From: Eledone cirrhosa
Lineage: Eukaryota
Assembly (NCBI GenBank): GCA_964016885.1
Contig: OZ024758.1
Span: forward strand, 10,974,001-11,038,000
DNA: 64,000 nt
Reading direction: 5' to 3'
The position numbers and the translations under genes were made by a program. The notes below the pieces were generated by a model that did no database searches, was not told the DNA's origin, and was given only the letters and a program-made list of their open reading frames with translations. Numbering within the stretch: position 1 is the first letter of the stretch; every line of letters begins with the position of its first letter. Positions 57,016 to 64,000 of the stretch are shown one piece after another.

Positions 57016-58281
57016 CTTCAGTGAATTAATGGTAGTGGTACTGATATGAGCACTCGACCTGTTACGTACGTTTCACAGATGATTGGCTCAAGGTCACCTA
57101 CGGAAGCTATGGACCCGACTACTGCATCAACAAATTAACAGAGTATGTTTCAGCAACTTGAATGGAAATCATGACCACACGGTCAACAACTGAACAACCT
57201 AACTACTTAACCACGTGTCATTACTATAACCAATGAGAACTGTGCATTAAAGGAGAATGGTTTTATTGTGTCTCGTTAGCAATTAGTCGGTTCCTGGCTT
57301 TCCTCTTTGCAGGAATATTTTTACTGTTCCCACCTTGGTAGTGAAATGGTAGTGAAACACTTCAGTAGTTCCCACTTCAGTAGTTCCCACCTTGGTAGTG
57401 AAATGGAACACTTCAGTATTTCCTCATTAAATTAATCTCCACTGGCTTGTTTATATATATATATATAAACAAGCCAGTATATATATATATATATATATAT
57501 GATACAAAAATACTTACATAGATACATACAATGTTGAATTTATGGGAATGTTACTCGATTTTGCTCGTTCCAGATCTTCAAGTGGTTGGTGGTTTAATGC
57601 TAAATGTTTTATATACACATCCATTGAATATATTTGGTTTACACTGAAGATAAATAATTTGGTGGGAATTCCTAGTTCCGTTTTGGGGAATATAACTAAG
57701 TGAGGAAAAATATATTTAAACATTTTTTATTAAAAAATTCAATATGCAAGTTTACGAAAAATTTAGAAATATACTAAAACCTTGTTTGTATATAGAGTGG
57801 TTTTGTATTTAAAAAAAAAGGGGGAAAAAAGGTTCCTGAGACGTATTTGTATGTAAAATTCCGTGTCGAATTCTCGTGCGAATCCCTGTAGAGACTTAAC
57901 GACTGGAGGCATATATATATAAAAAAAAGTTGGAAGTGAATAAAAAGATATTTAAAGGCTAGCGATAAATTAGTTTTAGTTAGGTGTATTTTCACTACGG
58001 CTATAAATTGCACATATTGTGTTTTGTGCTGACAATAGCTTTTAGCTGGAAGGTTTTAAAAACATTTTAAAAGTGATTTTGGTTCATGTTATGGATAGAT
58101 TAACTGTAAATTATGTAATGGCTGCCTTCTATAATGTATTCTAATATTTTGCTGGTGAGAACGTTGTTTCTCACGCACGTTCCATGAATATATATTTTAC
58201 CTAGGGGGCTTATAATTTATTTATATTATTATTATTTAAACCCTTTGTGGTTAATAAATAAATCATTATCATTATCATTAT

Positions 58282-58470
58282 TGGTGGATTGGCAGTATCG
58301 GTAGAGAGTCGGACACCATGCTTTGAAGCATAGAGTTACGTCCCTTTATGATCTGAGTTCAAATCCCGCCGAGGTTAACTTTGCCTTTCATCCTTACGGG
58401 GTCGATAAAATAAAGTACCAATAATGTACTGGGTAATTGCTGGCCTAGTACCTAAAAATAGAAACAATTA
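58282..58470 (+). mobile_element. SINE family 1
   Basis: Full-length match. Confidence 0.88.
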
Positions 58471-58489
58471 TTATTATTTCATATTGGTA

Positions 58490-58750
58490 CTACGTCGGTT
58501 TCGACGATGATAAGTGTCCCAAATTGTTTTCTATCAACGGAACAACCTGCTCATCACATTAATATGCATATGGTTGAGCATTCTACTGACTCCAATACCC
58601 ATAATGTAATTTTCAGGGAGATCCAGGGGACACAGTGTATAAGACAAGCTTCTAAAGAACTTCTGTCAACTCAAAAATCTTGGATCCACCCGAAGCTATG
58701 TTTAAGACACCCAAGATGCCAAGATTGGGAAACGAACTTAACTCCTCAAA
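58490..58750 (+). mobile_element. Older SINE-like repeat, family 2 (related pieces at about 34005-34090 and 35500-35830)
   Basis: Shared cgtcggtttcgac...cggaacaa.ct.ctc and ..taat..tcagggaga.tca motifs among the three loci. Confidence 0.5.
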
Positions 58751-59145
58751 TATAGCTAGAGACACTGCATTTGAAAAAGAATGGTGATAGTCAAAGCTTC
58801 AGTCAAACTCAGGCTATAATTATTTAAACCACGCGGAAGATACGAACTCAGGACACAAGGATTGCAATGGAAACTTGTTAGTTAACCCTTCGATGATGCC
58901 ATCCTGAGTCAACAACTTATATATAGCGTGTATCTAGTCTATTTGAGCTCTCTTGTGTATAGTTGTCTACTTCTAAAGAACCTGGCTAGTATTCATGACT
59001 TTAGGGTTGATTTAAGTAACTTCATGTTTTATTTAAAGAGATTGTCTATCACACCTCAGTGTCAGAGAGAAAGTAAACGTGGGCTGACGAATGTGTAACG
59101 ATACTCACAAGAAGATGAAATGTATGTTTATTATCATATATAGGT

Positions 59146-59516
59146 TCTGAGTTCAAATCCCGCCGATGCTAACTTTGCCTTTCATCCTTTACAGGGTCGA
59201 TAAAATAAAGTACCAGTCACGCACTGGGGGGTTGGGGATCGATTTAATCGACTTTCCCCTCCCCCAAAAAATTGCTGGCGTTGTGCCTATATGAGAAACC
59301 ATTATCGTATATCGCATATACGTGTTGGCGGTGGATTGGCAGTATAGGTAGAGGGTCGGACGCGATGCTTTGCAGCATAGAGTTACAGCCCTTGCCATTC
59401 TGAGTTCAAATCCCGCCGAGGTTAACTTTGCCTTTCATCCTTACGGGGTCGATAAAATAAAGTACCAGTAATGCACTGGGTAATTGCTGGTCTTGTGCCC
59501 AAAATAGAAACAATTA
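59146..59516 (+). mobile_element. Two tandem SINE family 1 copies (59146-59303 is 5'-truncated, 59327-59516 is full)
   Basis: Two B-boxes and two core domains. Confidence 0.88.
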
Positions 59517-59904
59517 TCGTATATACGTGTTCAATATATATGGGTACGTATAAAAAGAGACAGATAGGGGAGAGGTAGGTAGTTAGGTAGATAAATAAAT
59601 AAATATTTTCTTATCCTATTTTGGCTTGCAGTTTGCCTGTTCTTTTCCTTTAGTTTACGAGTCTGTGCCAACGCGACTGTCTCTGCGATTGCATGTATGT
59701 GTGTGTGACTGATTGCATGTATGCTACTGTGTGTATGCGACTGTGTGTGTGTGACTGCATGTATATATGTGAATGTGTGTATGTGTGTGTGACTGTCTGT
59801 GATTGTATATAGGTGACTGTGTGTGTATGTGCGTGTGTGTGACTGTCTGATTGTATGTATGTATGTGACTGTGTGTGAGAGAGTGTCTCTGATTATATGT
59901 GTGA

Positions 59905-59954
<50 letters not shown>

Positions 59955-60245
59955 CTGGCTATGATTGTGTGTGTGTGTGTGTGTGACTGGCTATGATTGT
60001 GTGTGTGTGTGTGACTGGCTATGATTGTATGTATGTGTGTGACAGTGTGTGAGAGTGTCTCTGATTATATGTGTGTGTTTCAGCTGGAATCTCAAACGTC
60101 TCAGCCTCTTTTTTACCATCATTTCATCATCACGAAGTCTCATCTCTTCTGACTTCAATCAGTTTCAATCGTTTACCGTCTATTTTCGTATATTGTTTAC
60201 ATCATGCTTTATATATAAATATATATAGATATATATATTTATATA

Positions 60246-60323
60246 CAGGTTGTCCCCCAAAAATGTATACACACTTCAACAGCATTCTAATCAAAGTGTG
60301 TATACATGTTTTTGGACACCCTA
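60246..60323. mobile_element. Tiny Tc1/mariner-type MITE
   Basis: TIRs CAGGTTGTCCCCCAAAAATGTATACACACTT / AAGTGTGTATACATGTTTTTGGACACCCTA, flanked by TA. Confidence 0.65.
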
Positions 60324-60435
60324 TATATATATAAGTTATTCCGGGTTGAATCGGAGGTAACCACAGTAAGTAAAGTACTCAATACATTGCATCATGATTT
60401 CTCACGAATGAAACAGTTCTAGTCCTGTAGAAGCT

Positions 60436-60511
<76 letters not shown>

Positions 60512-60577
60512 ATATGAGTGTGTGATTCTTCATGTATATCTGTGTTTAAGCGTGTTCACTTCATGTGTATGTATATG

Positions 60578-60613
<36 letters not shown>

Positions 60614-60777
60614 GTGTGTGTGTGTGTGTGTGTGTTCACTTAATGTGCATGCATATATATATATGTGAGTGTATTCACTTCATATATATGTATATGTATA
60701 TATATATATGTGTGTGCGTGTGTTCACTTAATGTGCATGTATATATATATACATATGTATATGTATATGTATATATA

Positions 60778-60828
<51 letters not shown>

Positions 60829-61867
60829 TTGTGTATTCACTTCATATATATGTATATGTATGTACTTGAGTATTCTTGGGTTTTTTTATTTCCTTTTTGT
60901 TATCTTGTTGGAAATTTCTATAACAAAATAATTGCTTTAATGTCGTTTACCTCCAAATATTCTTTTATTCTTTTATTTGTTTCAGTCAATGGAACATGGC
61001 CATGCTGGGGCACAGCATGTCAGTGTTTAACCAATTATATCAACATCGGTTCGTTTTTGTTTTTTTTCAATTCAGTAGAATGTAAATATTGTTTTGAAAA
61101 TCAATATATATCTAGAGTATTGAAAGGATTAAGACACTGAGGGGTTGATTTGAGGATAAATTGACTACTATTTCTTTTAGGGGTGAGACAGTCACGTAGC
61201 GACTCCTTCATTGTCACTCTTGGCTTGGCTGTTGTTCAGCTCCAGATCAAAAAGTACTCCTATAATGGTCAATTTATCTATCTTGTTTTTTTTTCAAATT
61301 TTGAACTACATCATCCAAAGTTTCTTTCCCTTATGACAGGGTGGTGTAGTTTGAGGGACATTTAACAGCTATTTCTATCAGATTGAACGACAACATGGAA
61401 GCTTCAGCTAACATTGATTTGCATAGCTGTTTTTCATGTTGGAACAGATAACAGATTTTTTTTTTTGTAATTTTTGTTATTTTTTTACGATTAATTTCAA
61501 AAATTTGAATTTCATTTTCTGACATTCATGGCTTCCACTAAACTGAAATTCAGCATTCATCCATCCCACCCAGCATAAAAACGAGTATTTCTCCATATTT
61601 AGTATTGTCGTCCCTCTAAAACATCCGGTATCATATAATACGTCTTTCTATCCATTGGTCTTGATTTGCTAAAGCTTCTAACTGATAAACCATCCCTTCA
61701 TTATCATACCTTTTAACGTATAATAATACCCAGCATATATTTTACATCCACACCTGATACGGATCATTGCTTTCGTCTCCATGTATTGCCTGCACAATTC
61801 TGATAACACAGATTTTTCCAATTTCCTTCATGTTGACACAAGCAATTCATCACTTTTCTTTTTTCTC

Positions 61868-61899
<32 letters not shown>

Positions 61900-61992
61900 G
61901 TTAATTATGGAACTGCGTAGATTGTTTCCTGGAATCCTTGTTACACCAACATCATCATCATAATCAATAATAACATTACCAAGGTTATTATT

Positions 61993-62170
61993 GGAGTGGC
62001 AAAATCGTTAGAGCGTCGGACAAAATACTTTGCAGTATTTGTTGCGGTACTGAGTTCAAATCCCGCCGAAGTCAACTTTGCCTTTCGTCCTGCTGGTTTA
62101 AATAGAATAAAGTACCAGTCAAATACTGGGGTCCAGATGATAGACTTACTCCTACTACACCACAAACTTG
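61993..62170 (+). mobile_element. SINE family 1 relative, diverged (further fragments at about 63100-63140 and 63320-63420)
   Basis: tggcaaaatcgttagagcgtcggac...ctgagttcaaatcccgccgaagtcaactttgcctttc. Confidence 0.78.
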
Positions 62171-62229
62171 AGGACTTTAGAGATAACAATAACTGGCTAT
62201 GTATAGTTTTTCCTTTCTTAAATACTAAC

Positions 62230-62484
62230 AAAACGTAGATCACTTCTGGTAGGGAGAATAATACAATAGTAATAGGGTGATAGACTTAATCCGTCATCCG
62301 GTTTCAGAACCCCATCTGGTCTATGGGTGTCTTTAGCGGGGTTCAAGCTGCCCCAATTATTCGAGCTAGATCTTGGGTTTAAGGATGCCTTCCTGCTCCT
62401 GTCATTCCCACCAAGTTCGGAAGACCCGAAAAGCTTTATAGGCGATACCCCTCTCTCCTTATCCAGACAGTAAAACACGCACAT
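62230..62484 (-). CDS. Candidate first coding exon of an unidentified minus-strand gene
   Basis: Unique, higher-GC sequence. ATG-initiated 85 codons (MCVFYCLDKERGVSPIKLFGSSELGG...RSDLRF) end at a gttagt donor in phase 0. No homology recognised and no partner exon found. Confidence 0.3.
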
Positions 62485-62880
62485 GCACAGTAAATGGTTT
62501 AGATGTATTTTGTATTTTGTGCTGAAATCCCGTCTCCTGTCAATGGAATGGCGGTGAGGCTTCTGCTAAGAATTACGACTGTCAGATAATGTCAAATATG
62601 GTAGGACAAATGGAAACATACCTGTCTTGGTCCGATCTGACAATCAACTTCTTTCTTTCAGACAATTGACAGCAACATGGACGCAAATAACTTGTATGTT
62701 TACAACTGGTAGAGTTTATTCTGTCAAAGAAAATATTTTCTCGTTCAGTTTAAAGTAGCGAGTGATTTAAGATAATTGATTCTATCTTATCGAGACGAGA
62801 ACTAAAAGTTGACCGCCAGCCAAACGACAGAGAGAGAAAAATGAAACTGCTTGGTCATAACTGTCAGTGCTAGAGAGAGA

Positions 62881-62921
<41 letters not shown>

Positions 62922-64000
62922 AGAGAGTGAGTGAGTGGGAGAAAAGTGCATGAGAGAGAGTGGTGCGTGTGTGTGAGTGATAAAGTGTGAGTATGTGAGA
63001 GAAAGAGGGAGAGAGAGAGAGAGAGCGAGAGAGAGAGAGAGAGAGATCTAGTGTCGAGCGAATTCTAAATTTTTTTAATATATTTCCTTACGACTCAATA
63101 TTCTGAGTTCAAATCCCGCAGAGTTCCATTTTACCTCACATCTTGCTGTGGTCGCTATATTACTTTCTCTCAAATATTTCATATTGTTTCTGTTTTCACC
63201 GTGGGTTACCTAAAAGAGGCAGTCACTGTTTTGTCGAAAATATTAAACCTAGCACTGTATCTTTGTGTTGGTTTTCATCAGTTCATCTCTGTATAGTCCC
63301 CAATTTCGTGCACCCTTACATTCTAAGTTCAAATCCCACCGAGGTCAACTTTACCCTGTAGATTTCATCCCCCCGGGGTTTATAGAATAAAATACCAGTC
63401 AAGTACTTGTCTCAATTTAATCATAGACCTATTAACTCTCCCCGTCGGACTTTGGGGTGGGTAAAATCTCCCCATTTTGTATCATTTCTCCCCGTTTTGG
63501 TTTTTAGAGGTTGGCAGGTCTGTAATTAACTTCACCGCACTAGTACTATCACCGCCACTACCACCACCGCCACTAATACCGCCACCACTACCACCACCAC
63601 CCACTAAAATCACCACCTCTACCACCACCACTATTACTTTATTCTTAGATATTTCCATATTAACCTGGCTATAACATAATATGTGATTTACTAAGGTTAC
63701 ATCTTATTATTTCCTTGTTTGAATTTTAGATAACTTGTTATATCGCTTTCTATATTTCTATATTTTACACTTCTACCATTCTTTATATTCCTTTCCCATT
63801 GTTAGTCTTTGTGTTGTTCTCTTTAACTCATTTCTACGCTATTTTCAGCACACATCTTCTTTCTTCTACCACAGCACAATTTACCTCTGGAGCTTATTTT
63901 TTTCAATGTTTGTATTAGATTTTCGAAACTAAACTATTTCTGGTTTTCGTATAATTTCTGTTTACTTTGCTTTGTTCGTTACAAATACGTTTTTATGTTT

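Noticed and set aside
57441-57478. Short palindrome actggcttgttt(at)n aaacaagccagt
   Set aside because: Real, but too short to assign; probably a local snap-back at a TA tract.

Overview
AT-rich, microsatellite-dense eukaryotic DNA. The SINE types suggest an octopod cephalopod, but that is inference. The one well-supported gene is a + strand synaptotagmin-family gene, seen as three exons: 9705-10139 (C2A), 45438-45558 and 46142-46443 (C2B, stop). A 35.3-kb intron separates the first two, and the N-terminal exons were not found. The most striking structure lies in that intron: a 4.07-kb array (25321-29388) of apparently identical 310-bp monomers. Each monomer carries a type I hammerhead ribozyme (HHR) motif. 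The array is split into two head-to-head inverted arms, switches orientation inside the ribozyme, and both ends merge into (TA)n. This fits a retrozyme, i.e. a retro-copied self-cleaving circular RNA. Several unrelated microsatellite-embedded fold-back inserts also carry intact or decayed HHR cores, pointing to Penelope-like retrotransposition. Other content: about 15 tRNA-derived SINE copies (some with TSDs), a hAT MITE, a Tc1/mariner-type MITE, LINE fragments and minisatellites. Nearly all of the supplied ORF track is microsatellite noise.
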